Translations under genes and position numbers: made by a program | Shown here: positions 20,356 to 30,394 of the stretch, piece after piece | Layout of the letters: each line of letters begins with the position of its first letter | Numbering within the stretch: the first letter of the stretch is position 1 | NCBI GenBank assembly: GCA_039806065.1 | Contig: JBDKJS010000083.1 | Coordinates: 4,010 to 68,009, forward strand | Origin: Bacteroidota bacterium | Lineage (GTDB): Bacteria; Bacteroidota; Bacteroidia; AKYH767-A; 2013-40CM-41-45 | Reading direction: 5' to 3' | DNA: 64,000 nucleotides | The notes under the pieces: model-generated | What the model saw: the letters and a program-made list of their open reading frames with translations, nothing else | What the model was told of the DNA's origin: nothing | Database searches by the model: none

Positions 20356-20809
20356 CTTCCTCCTCCTTTTTACCCATTACTGCCTCGGCCAGATCGGCCA
20401 TATCACTACTATCGGCATTGATAAAAGCATCATACGCCTTTTGCGACCAGAGCTCTATTCTATTGCCATAAGCAAATATGACCATGTCTTTTTCAATTCC
20501 TGCATAGTCCAGGAGCGATTTAGGCAGTAGTAATCTATTGCTAGCATCCAACTCAAGAGGTGTGGCTCCATTGTTAAACTTCCTTATGAAATCACGATTT
20601 TTTTTAATGAAAATATTTTTCGCATTCACTTTATCAGATATGGCCTCCCATTCCTTTTTAGTGAAGAGTACCAGGTGTTTTTCAAAACCACGGTTCACCA
20701 CAAAGTAGCGTTGCTCTTTAGCCGGGATTTGTTTTTTCAAACCCATCGGTAAGAGGAAACGACCTTTGTTATCAACCGTACATGGAAATTCGCCTATATA
20801 GCCTGCCAT
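20342..20809 (-). CDS. mraZ: Transcriptional regulator MraZ
   Basis: MAGYIGEFPCTVDNKGRFLLP start and duplicated MraZ/SpoVT-AbrB-like halves. ATG at 20809 chosen; the ORF track extends to a GTG at 20851. Confidence 0.85.
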   Translation of the reverse strand: MAGYIGEFPCTVDNKGRFLLPMGLKKQIPAKEQRYFVVNRGFEKHLVLFTKKEWEAISDKVNAKNIFIKKNRDFIRKFNNGATPLELDASNRLLLPKSLLDYAGIEKDMVIFAYGNRIELWSQKAYDAFINADSSDMADLAEAVMGKKEEEDELS

Positions 20810-20846
20810 ATTGAATAATATGAGGGGTAAATTTAAAACAAATATT

Positions 20847-20870
20847 TCCACTTTTCTCCACTTTTCTCCA
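20847..20870 (-). promoter_or_regulatory. Putative MraZ operator: three direct GTGGA-type boxes at 10-bp spacing upstream of mraZ
   Basis: Gene-strand sequence aaaaaTGGAGaaaaGTGGAGaaaaGTGGAAatat lies 38-61 nt upstream of the mraZ ATG. Same architecture as the GTGGG x3 MraZ boxes of other bacteria. Confidence 0.55.
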
Positions 20871-21155
20871 TTTTTGTTAATAAATATTTTTATGATTGAT
20901 ATTTAGCTAAAACATAAATTGCCATCAAAGCCAATTTTGACAGGGCTTTCAGCCGTTTCCTGATTACTTGGTTGGCTTGGGTAAAAAAAGTAATGGGAGC
21001 TTAATAAATAAATAGAGAATAGAAAACCCATACCTGCACGCCACAGATCAAAAGACATGGCATATCAGTCACTTAGCAATAAAAGCAAGGTAGGTTTTTC
21101 ACAGGCTTAAAATCTTTTGTACATTTAGAGCCTTAGCAAATACAAGCTTATATAT

Positions 21156-21914
21156 ATGGACTATACAATAAGGCAAGATGGAGAATTTAAGTACCTGGAA
21201 GAAGGCCAAGGGCCAACCTTGATATTGTTGCATGGGCTATTTGGGGCGCTGAGCAATTGGAAAGAGGTAATTGAGTATTTTAAACCTCATTACAAAGTAG
21301 TGATACCTATGCTACCAATTTTCGAATTGCCGATTCTAAGTACAGGCGTAAAAGAATTGATGAAATTTGTTCATCGGTTTGTGACACACAAGGGTTATGC
21401 TAATTTCGCATTGGTGGGTAACTCATTAGGGGGGCATGTGGCCTTAGTATATGTAAAGGAACACCCCGAAATGGTAAAAGCGCTAGTGCTTACTGGTAGC
21501 AGCGGACTATACGAAAATGCTTTTGGCGGAAGCACTCCTCGCAAAGGTGACAAGGAATATATTAGAAAAAAAATTGAAGTAACTTTTTACGACCCCAAAC
21601 ACGCCACAGACGAATTGGTGGAAGAGTGTTATGAAATATTGAATGATAGAAATAAACTGATTAGAATAGTGGCGATGGCTAAATCCGCCATAAGGCATAA
21701 CATGGCTGAAGATTTAGCCCATATCAAACAGCCCACTTGCCTTATATGGGGCAAGAATGATGTAATTACACCGCCTGAAGTAGCCGTTGACTTCAATAAA
21801 TTAATATCTAATAGTGATTTGTATTGGATAGATCATTGCGGGCATGCGGCAATGATGGAACATCCACAAGAGTTTAATTCATTGCTAAAAGCTTGGCTTG
21901 AACAAAAGTTTTAA
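21156..21914 (+). CDS. Alpha/beta-fold hydrolase
   Basis: GNSLGGHV nucleophile elbow (GxSxG). Conserved HGxxG-like N-terminal LLHGLFG. Confidence 0.75.
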   Translation: MDYTIRQDGEFKYLEEGQGPTLILLHGLFGALSNWKEVIEYFKPHYKVVIPMLPIFELPILSTGVKELMKFVHRFVTHKGYANFALVGNSLGGHVALVYVKEHPEMVKALVLTGSSGLYENAFGGSTPRKGDKEYIRKKIEVTFYDPKHATDELVEECYEILNDRNKLIRIVAMAKSAIRHNMAEDLAHIKQPTCLIWGKNDVITPPEVAVDFNKLISNSDLYWIDHCGHAAMMEHPQEFNSLLKAWLEQKF

Positions 21915-21941
21915 TAACTAATTTTTTTATTTTTAAAATTT

Positions 21942-22556
21942 ATGATTGAGCCAATTAAAGAAGCATCATTTGTCATTTCAAGTCCTGAATACACCAAGTG
22001 TCCAAAACCAGATCGGGCAGAATATGCCTTTATAGGCCGAAGCAATGTTGGTAAATCATCGCTCATCAACATGCTCACAGGGGTAAAAGGATTGGCAAAA
22101 ACATCGGCCATGCCAGGTAAAACGCAATTAATCAATCATTTTTTGATTAATAACAGTTGGTTTCTGGTAGATTTACCTGGATATGGATTTGCCAGGATAA
22201 GCAAGGCACAGCGTGAAGTGTTTGAAAGCATGATTAAAAATTATTTGCTCAAACGCAATAATCTCATCAACACTTTTATTCTGATAGATAGCCGCCATGC
22301 ACCACAAGCTATTGATTTGGCATTCATTGAATGGATGGGAACAGTTTCCTTACCGTTTAGTATTGTATTTACCAAGAGTGATAAACTAGGAAAAACCAAA
22401 TTGCAAGAACACACTACAGCTTATAAGAATCAACTCCTTGAAACTTGGGAAGAATTACCACCCATATTTATTACCTCTTCAGAGAAAAAGCTGGGGCGCG
22501 ATGAAATATTAAAATACATAGGCACACTTCATCCTTTATTTACAGCAGATCGCTAA
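21942..22556 (+). CDS. yihA: Ribosome biogenesis GTP-binding protein YihA/EngB
   Basis: [13 protein letters not shown]1 motif, DLPGYG G3 motif, TKSDK G4 motif. Confidence 0.85.
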   Translation: MIEPIKEASFVISSPEYTKCPKPDRAEYAFIGRSNVGKSSLINMLTGVKGLAKTSAMPGKTQLINHFLINNSWFLVDLPGYGFARISKAQREVFESMIKNYLLKRNNLINTFILIDSRHAPQAIDLAFIEWMGTVSLPFSIVFTKSDKLGKTKLQEHTTAYKNQLLETWEELPPIFITSSEKKLGRDEILKYIGTLHPLFTADR

Positions 22557-23461
22557 CGGAGGAGCTGAATTTTTTTATTCACTATTGCATTTCCAAATTG
22601 CAGATGAAGGGTGTACCACCCATTTTCCAAGTCTGCTACATCAATTAAATCGGTAGGAGCATTCAATGTAAGGTGTTTTACCTGTCGTCCCAAAAGATCA
22701 GCTATACTGATTTCAGCATGATTAAAGGGAGTACGGATTCCGGTGAATTTAATCCAGTCTCTTGCTGGATTGGGCATTACCTGCACCTGATCAGAAAGGT
22801 TGATGGGAGCTTCACCAACCACACCTTCAAACTTTAAATCATCAAGACGAAGGATCGTTCCTATTTTAGGTGCATTAAACACAATAGGGCTGCTGGTAAT
22901 AAAAATTAATGACGAATCAGGATCCAAATTAGGATTAACATAAATCAGGTTAAGACTGAGTGTATCCCAACCGGTGCTGGTTTTCCCTATTTTTTGAAAT
23001 GCATAAGCCACGGTATCGCGCTTGCCAGTTCCGGCATTGCGCTTAAACAGTTTAATATCAACCCAAGCCGTATCAGTTCCTACAGGTGCATACTGATACA
23101 AGCATTTAAATGTATTCCATTTGGTTCCTGTAGGTTTTCCTCCTATCACCGAAAAGCTTATGCCATTTACAACGATATCGCCATTAGATATGGCAGCCGG
23201 AATAGGGATAGGCACAGTGATTGGGGGTACTATTTTACCAAAAGTAGTTAGTTTTGCTGCTGCCACACCGCTACCTACCGTTACAGTTTCCTTGGTTACT
23301 GATGTAGCATCAAGTGTATCAGTTGTTTTCCAAAATTCTGGCTCTTCATAAGCACCACCACCAGCAGGTATCCAATTTTCATAATCACCATTGGCTATGT
23401 TTTGTGCAGTAATTTGAAGCGATAGATAAAAAGAAAAAATGAGCAACAAATGTTTTTTCAT
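22553..23461 (-). CDS. Secreted protein of unknown function with T9SS C-terminal sorting domain
   Basis: Signal peptide [21 protein letters not shown]-terminal Por-secretion-tail-like module ([12 protein letters not shown]...LLGRQVKHL...). ATG at 23461 chosen. Confidence 0.65.
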   Translation of the reverse strand: MKKHLLLIFSFYLSLQITAQNIANGDYENWIPAGGGAYEEPEFWKTTDTLDATSVTKETVTVGSGVAAAKLTTFGKIVPPITVPIPIPAAISNGDIVVNGISFSVIGGKPTGTKWNTFKCLYQYAPVGTDTAWVDIKLFKRNAGTGKRDTVAYAFQKIGKTSTGWDTLSLNLIYVNPNLDPDSSLIFITSSPIVFNAPKIGTILRLDDLKFEGVVGEAPINLSDQVQVMPNPARDWIKFTGIRTPFNHAEISIADLLGRQVKHLTLNAPTDLIDVADLENGWYTLHLQFGNAIVNKKIQLLR

Positions 23462-23506
23462 ACGTAATTGATATTTATTCAAAGGTAAGAATTTATATGG
23501 TAAGGG

Positions 23507-24382
23507 TCAAACTCCTTGGATGAACCTACCAAATACGCCCAATGGCAATTGCAATCCTGATTGTGCTTGTAAATAAAGTTCACCTGTTTCTAACTTCTTT
23601 TGATTGCCAAATAAATTTTTAATGATAAGAGCACTAAAGCCAAGTGAATAAGTATTAAGTAGTAAAAAAGATGATGGTTCTAATAGTTGTATCACGGTTT
23701 CAACCATTTCATTGATCATATCTTCTAATTTCCATTTTTCACCTTTGGTACCATGCCCATAGGCCGGAGGATCAAGGATAATACCGTGGTATTTATTACC
23801 TCTTTTGGCTTCACGTTTTGCAAATACCAAAGCATCTTCAACTACCCATCTGATATCACTTAGGTGACTCAGCTGTCTGTTGTCGTTGGCCCATGAAACT
23901 ACTTGTTTAACGCTATCAAGGTGTGTCACATCTGCACCGGCAGCTTTAGCAGCCAAAGATGATCCACCGGTATAGGCAAATAAATTAAGCACTTTAGGAT
24001 GATTAACTTTTTTTTTCAATTGGAGAACGCTATTGGCAATATATTCCCAATTAACTGCTTGCTCAGGAAAAATACCTACATGTTTAAACGCGGTGAGTGC
24101 CAACCGTAAAGAAATTTTTTGATCAATTGCCTTTATGGTATAATCGATTTGCCATCGATCGGACACAGGCTTTATTTTTTGCCATTCGCCACTTGCGCTT
24201 GTCTTTGCTTTAAAAAATAAATGAGCTTTACTATTCCATTGCGAATCAGACCAAGCAGGTTTCCAAACTGCCTGTGGTTCTGGTCTAATAGTAATAATGG
24301 AGCCAAACTTTTCTAATTTATAAAAATTTCCACAATCGAGTAGTTCATACTGTTCGAAGTGAGTAGGATTGAGTAGTAGCAT
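23507..24382 (-). CDS. Class I SAM-dependent methyltransferase (RlmI/YccW-like rRNA methyltransferase C-terminal domain type)
   Basis: LNLFAYTGGSSLAAKAAGA motif I. DPPAYG motif IV. Confidence 0.65.
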   Translation of the reverse strand: MLLLNPTHFEQYELLDCGNFYKLEKFGSIITIRPEPQAVWKPAWSDSQWNSKAHLFFKAKTSASGEWQKIKPVSDRWQIDYTIKAIDQKISLRLALTAFKHVGIFPEQAVNWEYIANSVLQLKKKVNHPKVLNLFAYTGGSSLAAKAAGADVTHLDSVKQVVSWANDNRQLSHLSDIRWVVEDALVFAKREAKRGNKYHGIILDPPAYGHGTKGEKWKLEDMINEMVETVIQLLEPSSFLLLNTYSLGFSALIIKNLFGNQKKLETGELYLQAQSGLQLPLGVFGRFIQGV

Positions 24383-24488
24383 AGATCAAAAATATTCAAC
24401 GGCAAGATTGAAAAAAATTTTCAACAAAAACTTTTTTTCAATAATCATTTTAATACATTTATCGCATCAATTAATTTATTCAATCATC

Positions 24489-25208
24489 ATGTCAGAAATA
24501 GAAGCCTTATCAATTAAAAACGAGAAAATACAACATTTAAATAAAGAGCTTAGTAAAGAAAACGAAGAGTTGTTCCATCAGTACAATCATTTGATGATAA
24601 GAAATAATAAGTTTTTAAAACGAATAGAAGATCAACAGAAGTTAATTGAATCACTCTACGAGCGCATTTCAGAATTACAGCATATCAACAGTAAGCTTTT
24701 AAAACTTAACGATGGTTATCGAAATCATTTTTCTACCGCTATTGACAAGCGCAAGGCTAATGTGATTCCAAGCAACGATGCCATAGCCACGCTAGATCCT
24801 GATGATATCGAAGCACTATATGAAAGATGGAAGTTATTTCCAGGTCAGTTAGCTAGCAATGGTCCCAATTTAAGAAAGCAAATGGTGATGCTATTACACT
24901 TGAGCAACAACCCCATGATGAATGCGGCCGATTTATTTCAAATAACAGGTGTAGGAGGTGTAACCGGTGCACGGTATGTATCAGTTCTAAAAAAAGCTGG
25001 ATTGATTAAATATAGTGGAGCCCGCAAAAAGGGATATTATGAAATTACAGAAGAAGGCATAGCCTTTGTAGAAGGCAAGCTCAAGCTTCATTCACACGCC
25101 TCATTATCTGATGGCATGCCGGGTTTACAGCCAAAGGGAATTAAAATTGACGAGGTCATTCATGTGGCCAGCCATTCACACTTGGCTATTGATTCAATGG
25201 ATCTTTAG
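24489..25208 (+). CDS. Hypothetical protein: N-terminal coiled coil, C-terminal winged-helix-like segment
   Basis: Heptad-rich N-terminus (LSKENEELFHQYNHLMIRNNKFLKRIEDQQKLIESLYERISELQ). C-terminus ITGVGGVTGARYVSVLKKAGLIKYSG resembles a wHTH recognition region. First ATG chosen. Confidence 0.4.
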   Translation: MSEIEALSIKNEKIQHLNKELSKENEELFHQYNHLMIRNNKFLKRIEDQQKLIESLYERISELQHINSKLLKLNDGYRNHFSTAIDKRKANVIPSNDAIATLDPDDIEALYERWKLFPGQLASNGPNLRKQMVMLLHLSNNPMMNAADLFQITGVGGVTGARYVSVLKKAGLIKYSGARKKGYYEITEEGIAFVEGKLKLHSHASLSDGMPGLQPKGIKIDEVIHVASHSHLAIDSMDL

Positions 25209-25211
25209 TAA

Positions 25212-26150
25212 TTACGCTTTTGTTTTAACAGCAGCATTGTAATAAGGAACCGTGTGATAACCAATATAAATTACCAATACAGTGGCAAACACTGCCGCAC
25301 CACACGCAATCAATAGTATTTGCCAAAAGGTGAAGTTATAATATCCCAAATCAGGGACAGCTCCTTGAAGTGTAATGATAACTGGTACTTGACTAAACTT
25401 ACTAGCGGCTGTGAGCATGCTATATTGCCTGATGATATTTACTTCATCATCCAATGACTTTTCCATTTTAGCTATCAATCCGTTTAGTGCCATTCTCTCC
25501 AGGTTATTACTTTCATTACCGATTTCCAATTGCGCAATTAGTCCTTCTATTTGATTGCTTAAGGTGTGCAGCTCGTTTCTTAACTCCTTCTTTGATTGCA
25601 AGTAGATGGTATCAAATAGTGGCTTATTAAAATTTAGTTGTTCCAATCGCCATTTTCTATTCAATTCATTTGCAAACCGAGGAATTTCGTTGGCTATATG
25701 CGCGGCTACTGCTCCATCTTTTTTATCCTTCACTGTTAGTGTAGTTACCCCTTTGTCAGATTGGCTGAGTACAATGTTTTGCTGAAGTATTTTTTTTATA
25801 ATTCCTTGGTGAAATTCATTTTTAGAATCAAGTTGATAGTGATCAAAGAGTGAAAATGTTTTAATTAAGTGACCAAACATTTCGTCTGAAAAAATTAACC
25901 TATAAAATTTGTAATAATCATTATCAACTTCACCATTGTTAATTAGAAAACCTTTTTCTCCATTGAGTTTAAGCTCTACGGGATCTTGGTAGTCCAATAC
26001 GACAAAGGCCTTATAAACAAAATTAAAGCGCAATACCAAACCAGTAGCTATGAAAACAACTAAGAAAGCAGCAGCAAAAAAATTTCGATGTTGTTTAATA
26101 AACCCAACGAAGCTTTTAATATGTACGATTTCTTTTTCTGGTAATTGCAT
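25212..26150 (-). CDS. Hypothetical bitopic membrane protein
   Basis: Intact ORF with N- and C-terminal hydrophobic segments. No recognisable motif. Confidence 0.4.
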   Translation of the reverse strand: MQLPEKEIVHIKSFVGFIKQHRNFFAAAFLVVFIATGLVLRFNFVYKAFVVLDYQDPVELKLNGEKGFLINNGEVDNDYYKFYRLIFSDEMFGHLIKTFSLFDHYQLDSKNEFHQGIIKKILQQNIVLSQSDKGVTTLTVKDKKDGAVAAHIANEIPRFANELNRKWRLEQLNFNKPLFDTIYLQSKKELRNELHTLSNQIEGLIAQLEIGNESNNLERMALNGLIAKMEKSLDDEVNIIRQYSMLTAASKFSQVPVIITLQGAVPDLGYYNFTFWQILLIACGAAVFATVLVIYIGYHTVPYYNAAVKTKA

Positions 26151-26169
26151 TTAGTGGCAATTTATAAAA

Positions 26170-28173
26170 CTATTTCAATTTTAATAAAGTTAATTTGGCC
26201 ACTAGCAATGAATCAAAAGTGACATGGCTGTGGGCAGCTTCCAAATCTATGTTTCTATACCAAAATTTATCTTTAGCTCTGTGGTTATTAATGGCTATTA
26301 GCTGACTATCGTTGGTATTTTTTAGTATTTTAAATGCCTTAGCGGCTGCAATGATATCAAAATATTGGTAGTACAAAGCTTCCTTAAAGTTCATTAAGGT
26401 AATGGTGTTAAATGCTTCATCTACCATTCCGTTATTAAACAAAACTGCGGCTTTATTGGTAAGTGCAGTAATAGCACCGGGCATTATCTTCAAAGCTTTA
26501 TCATAATATGCGAGAGATGCGTCCACATTACCCATAAAACTGTAAAGTCCTGCTAAATCTGTAAGACACTGTAAGTGATAAGGGTTGATACTTTCGGCTA
26601 GTAAATAATTTTGAATAGCCAATTGCATATTACCCTGATAATAAATAGCATTAGCCATATACCAATTTAAAGGAGTGCCGGCATTATCTGTAATTTGACC
26701 TAAGGATAATGCCTTATCATATGATTGGTAGCTTCGCGCCCATTCTTGTCTTGATTTAAGTAAATGACCCTTAGCCAAAAGTGATTGAGCCCGATAGTGC
26801 ATTATTGAAATACCCAGAAACCCTATCAATGTAACTATTAATAATAAGTGTCCATACTTCCAATAAAAGGTTTGCGCATTATTGGTAAGAGTAAGGGCCA
26901 GGCAAAGTACCAATGAAAATAAAATGATGCTCAGCGGCCTATGAAATAAATATCCAAAACTAGCCATCACCACAATTGCCAACAACGTTCCTACTAAAAC
27001 TGAATTATAGCCATTTGGCTTTGCATTTATAATGCATTTAGCTATTATTATAAACAATAAAATATATAACAGTACTGGAGCGGTTATTCCTGCCTCTGTT
27101 GCAAGATTCAACCATTCATTGTGAGGATGTTCAAAATGGTGCAGGGCTTTGTTTATATAAAATGCACCACCCATGCCAGGTGCAGCATGGTAAATTGGCC
27201 AAGAAGCCATTCCATAGCCCATGAGTGGTTGTTTGTCAATGATCAGAATAGAATTCCGCCACATGAGCATTCGTTCAAAAATACTATTGGTGTTTTTAAA
27301 TTGATTTTCTTCTACCCCCAAAGGCTTATTAAGTGTTTTGTATGCAGTTTTCACAGCCAATAGGTTCACCTCGCCTTTAGCAATAATTTCAGCCCTATAC
27401 ACCAACACCACACTACTTACAACGATGATGAACCCAAGCCCGAGCAACCGATACTTACTTTTTCTCCACAGAGCATGCCTGATTATGTAAGAGAATATTA
27501 CATAACTCATACCAATAAAAAAAGCCAGTAATGCGGCAAGGGAGTGTAGGTAAAATACCAAGCCAATACTGATAGTTAAGCTTATAATACTTAACTTTTT
27601 AAAAAAACCTGTTGTGGTGCACCAGCCGGCTATTAATAAAAAAATATAAATGACTAACGATTCGGAAAAAAAATTTTTATTCCCCATAGTTGATCCTCTA
27701 TAGGTTAAGGGTGCTCCTGGATCACGAACCCACTGCAGTATCCAAAAAAATAAAAGAGGAAAAATCATCAAGGTAAGTGTATTAAAAAAAATGACTTGCT
27801 TTGATTTTGTATTGAGCAATGGATGAAATACAATGATACTCACCCAGGGAATAATGTAGCAACAAAAAGCTAGCCATGCCTCTATTTTTAATTGACTATT
27901 GATTGTAGCCCAAACCAACAAGGAGGAATATACCACCAGCAGCATTTTCATCGGCTGGTTCATTAAATTTGGGATTTGAATTTTCTGATCAGTAAGAAAA
28001 CTCACTACTACAGCGGCAATCAGCCAAAGCATGAAGCCCAGCAATTTAGCACTCACATCATAATCAGGTAGGGTGCTATTAAATAGTGAAGCTACCAAAA
28101 CTAGAAGTAGCCCCCAGAGTAAGTACAATGTTTTTTGGTGCAATGATTGAATTTGACTAGTTATCGCATTCAT
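26170..28173 (-). CDS. O-antigen ligase (Wzy_C) family membrane protein with C-terminal TPR repeats
   Basis: About 12 TM helices with a central Wzy_C-like loop region. C-terminal TPR-like repeats (AYYDKALKI, AIQNYLLAESINPYHLQ). Confidence 0.6.
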   Translation of the reverse strand: MNAITSQIQSLHQKTLYLLWGLLLVLVASLFNSTLPDYDVSAKLLGFMLWLIAAVVVSFLTDQKIQIPNLMNQPMKMLLVVYSSLLVWATINSQLKIEAWLAFCCYIIPWVSIIVFHPLLNTKSKQVIFFNTLTLMIFPLLFFWILQWVRDPGAPLTYRGSTMGNKNFFSESLVIYIFLLIAGWCTTTGFFKKLSIISLTISIGLVFYLHSLAALLAFFIGMSYVIFSYIIRHALWRKSKYRLLGLGFIIVVSSVVLVYRAEIIAKGEVNLLAVKTAYKTLNKPLGVEENQFKNTNSIFERMLMWRNSILIIDKQPLMGYGMASWPIYHAAPGMGGAFYINKALHHFEHPHNEWLNLATEAGITAPVLLYILLFIIIAKCIINAKPNGYNSVLVGTLLAIVVMASFGYLFHRPLSIILFSLVLCLALTLTNNAQTFYWKYGHLLLIVTLIGFLGISIMHYRAQSLLAKGHLLKSRQEWARSYQSYDKALSLGQITDNAGTPLNWYMANAIYYQGNMQLAIQNYLLAESINPYHLQCLTDLAGLYSFMGNVDASLAYYDKALKIMPGAITALTNKAAVLFNNGMVDEAFNTITLMNFKEALYYQYFDIIAAAKAFKILKNTNDSQLIAINNHRAKDKFWYRNIDLEAAHSHVTFDSLLVAKLTLLKLK

Positions 28174-28243
28174 AATTACCTACAATAAGGTAAAAAAAAA
28201 TTAACTCCACAAGATAAAAATCACTTTCCTATCTTTGCCAGCT

Positions 28244-29866
28244 ATGATTGATCACAAAAAAGTTCGAGTTCGATTTGCCCCTAGTCCAACTGGGCCCCTA
28301 CACATGGGAGGCGTAAGAACTGCGCTTTATAACTACCTATTTGCCAAGAAGCACCAAGGCGATTTTATTTTAAGGATTGAAGACACGGATCAGCAGCGCT
28401 TTGTGGCAGGCGCAGAGGAATATATAATAGCATCATTGAAATGGTGTGGTATACTTCCAAACGAAGGGGTAGGCTTTGCTGAAGGCCCTTTCTCGCCCTA
28501 TCGGCAGAGTGAGCGTAAAGATTTATATAAAACCTATGTTGAAACCTTGATAAGAAATGGTCATGCATATTACGCTTTTGACACAGCCTCGTCTCTGGAT
28601 CAATTAAGGAAAGAACGAGAACAGCAAGGGTCTTCTTTTGCCTATGGTCCGCAAAACAGACATCAATTGTTTAACTCCCTCAACATGACTGCTGCAGAAG
28701 TTTTGCAAAGACTCAATGAGGGTACACCCTATGTAGTAAGAATAAAAGTGCCCGAAAATGATTTGATAGTTGTACACGATTTAATTCGTGGAGAGGTAGA
28801 AATGCACACTTCACAAATGGATGACAAGGTACTCTTCAAAAGTGATGGGATGCCAACTTACCATTTGGCCAATGTGGTGGATGATCATTTAATGGAAATA
28901 ACGCATGTGATCAGAGGAGAAGAGTGGTTGCCTAGTGCACCCCTCCATGTGCTGCTGTATAAAAGCTTTGGATGGGAATCAACAATGCCAAAATTTGCAC
29001 ACCTTCCATTACTACTTAAGCCCGATGGCAATGGGAAATTAAGTAAGCGCGATGGTGACAGACTGGGCTTTCCGGTGTTTCCTTTAAATTGGACAGATCC
29101 TCTTACTGGCGAGCAATCGAAAGGATATAAAGAACAGGGATACATCCCTGAAGCTTTTGTAAATATGCTAGCCCATTTAGGATGGCACGCAGCTGATGAC
29201 CAAGAGATCTACAGCATGGAGGCACTCATAGAGGCTTTTTCGTTAGAACGAGTAAGTAAATCGGGGGCTAAATTTGATCCTGATAAAACCAAATGGTATA
29301 ACGAAGTTTATTTACGATCCAGCACCGATCAGCATCTAGCAATGCTGTTTTTACCGATCGTGCAAGAGCAATTAACCAAGAGTATTCCATCCCGTCATTT
29401 ATGCACCAGTGCCGGACATTTAATTGATGCCGAAAGCCTATTAGCCTATTGTAATAAGGCAGTGGCATTGGTAAAAGATAAGGCACAATTTATAAATGAA
29501 TTTTGGGATTTGTGCAATTATTTATTTGTAGCGCCAATTACCATAGACACCACCATACTTGCCAAAAAATGGAAACCGCCTTATGAAACATTTTTTATAA
29601 AATTTGCTGATGCCCTTAGCACACTAACATCAATGGAAGCTACACAAGCTGAAAAACTACATACGGCCATAGCCAACGATCTGGCACTCAAACCAGGCGA
29701 GGTAATGCAACTATTACGAATAATGGTGAGTGGACAAGGGAGTGGAGTCAATCTATTTGAAATGATAGCGCTACTAGGAGGAAAAGAATCTAGCACACGA
29801 ATTGAACAAAATTTAAAGAAATGGCTTCAAACCTTATCGACCGATGCAGCAGCTAGCCGTCAATAA
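28244..29866 (+). CDS. gltX: Glutamate--tRNA ligase
   Basis: HMGG (HIGH) and KLSKR (KMSKS) class I motifs. ATG at 28244 chosen. Confidence 0.9.
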   Translation: MIDHKKVRVRFAPSPTGPLHMGGVRTALYNYLFAKKHQGDFILRIEDTDQQRFVAGAEEYIIASLKWCGILPNEGVGFAEGPFSPYRQSERKDLYKTYVETLIRNGHAYYAFDTASSLDQLRKEREQQGSSFAYGPQNRHQLFNSLNMTAAEVLQRLNEGTPYVVRIKVPENDLIVVHDLIRGEVEMHTSQMDDKVLFKSDGMPTYHLANVVDDHLMEITHVIRGEEWLPSAPLHVLLYKSFGWESTMPKFAHLPLLLKPDGNGKLSKRDGDRLGFPVFPLNWTDPLTGEQSKGYKEQGYIPEAFVNMLAHLGWHAADDQEIYSMEALIEAFSLERVSKSGAKFDPDKTKWYNEVYLRSSTDQHLAMLFLPIVQEQLTKSIPSRHLCTSAGHLIDAESLLAYCNKAVALVKDKAQFINEFWDLCNYLFVAPITIDTTILAKKWKPPYETFFIKFADALSTLTSMEATQAEKLHTAIANDLALKPGEVMQLLRIMVSGQGSGVNLFEMIALLGGKESSTRIEQNLKKWLQTLSTDAAASRQ

Positions 29867-30224
29867 AATAAGGTGCTATTCACACCATGGATGTTTGCCT
29901 GAAGAAACGCAAATAGGCGGTTATTATGAAGTAGACCTTATACTAAATGCTGATTTTACTGAAGCCATGCACAGCGACCAACTCATACACACCATAGATT
30001 ACTGCCGAGTGTATGAAACAGTAAAAAAATGTATGGCCCAACCCAGTAAACTGATAGAACATGTTGCGGCCCGCATTGGATTACAACTGCTTGATAACGA
30101 ACCTTTATTACACAGTGCCACAGTAAGTGTTACCAAGATCAATCCACCCTTGAATGGCATATTAGATAGCGTAACTTTTAAGCATACGAGCTATCGAAGT
30201 GATGAATCTAAACTGAAAGATTAA
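29844..30224 (+). CDS. folB: Dihydroneopterin aldolase
   Basis: KIRCYSHHGCLPEE..YEVDL matches the FolB N-terminal signature (x[FY]x[YF]HGxxxEE). Overlaps the gltX 3' end. Confidence 0.7.
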   Translation: MQQLAVNKIRCYSHHGCLPEETQIGGYYEVDLILNADFTEAMHSDQLIHTIDYCRVYETVKKCMAQPSKLIEHVAARIGLQLLDNEPLLHSATVSVTKINPPLNGILDSVTFKHTSYRSDESKLKD

Positions 30225-30283
30225 ACATAAAATTGGTTGCAACCATGAGCATTTAATTTTGTATAATTGCAAACCAAAAAAAT

Positions 30284-30357
30284 GGTTCCGTGGCCGAGTG
30301 GCTAGGCAGAGGTCTGCAAAACCTTGTACAGCAGTTCGAATCTGCTCGGAACCTCCA
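30284..30357 (+). tRNA. tRNA-Cys (anticodon GCA)
   Basis: Folded by hand. Acceptor stem GGTTCCG/CGGAACC. Anticodon stem GAGGT/ACCTT with loop CTGCAAA. T-arm AGCAG-TTCGAAT-CTGCT. Discriminator T plus encoded CCA. 74 nt. Confidence 0.85.
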
Positions 30358-30365
30358 AAACGAAG

Positions 30366-30392
30366 GCTGCTTTGAAAAAGGCAGCTTTTTTT
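30366..30392. terminator. Bidirectional terminator hairpin between tRNA-Cys and the convergent lipoprotein gene
   Basis: GCTGC-N10-GCAGC followed by T7; A-run on the other side. Confidence 0.5.
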
Positions 30393-30394
30393 AA

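Noticed and set aside
20847-20880. Short tandem repeat ccacttttct x2-3. I considered whether it was a CRISPR-like or minisatellite repeat.
   Set aside because: There are only three 10-bp units, no spacers and no cas genes. Position and sequence fit MraZ boxes instead.
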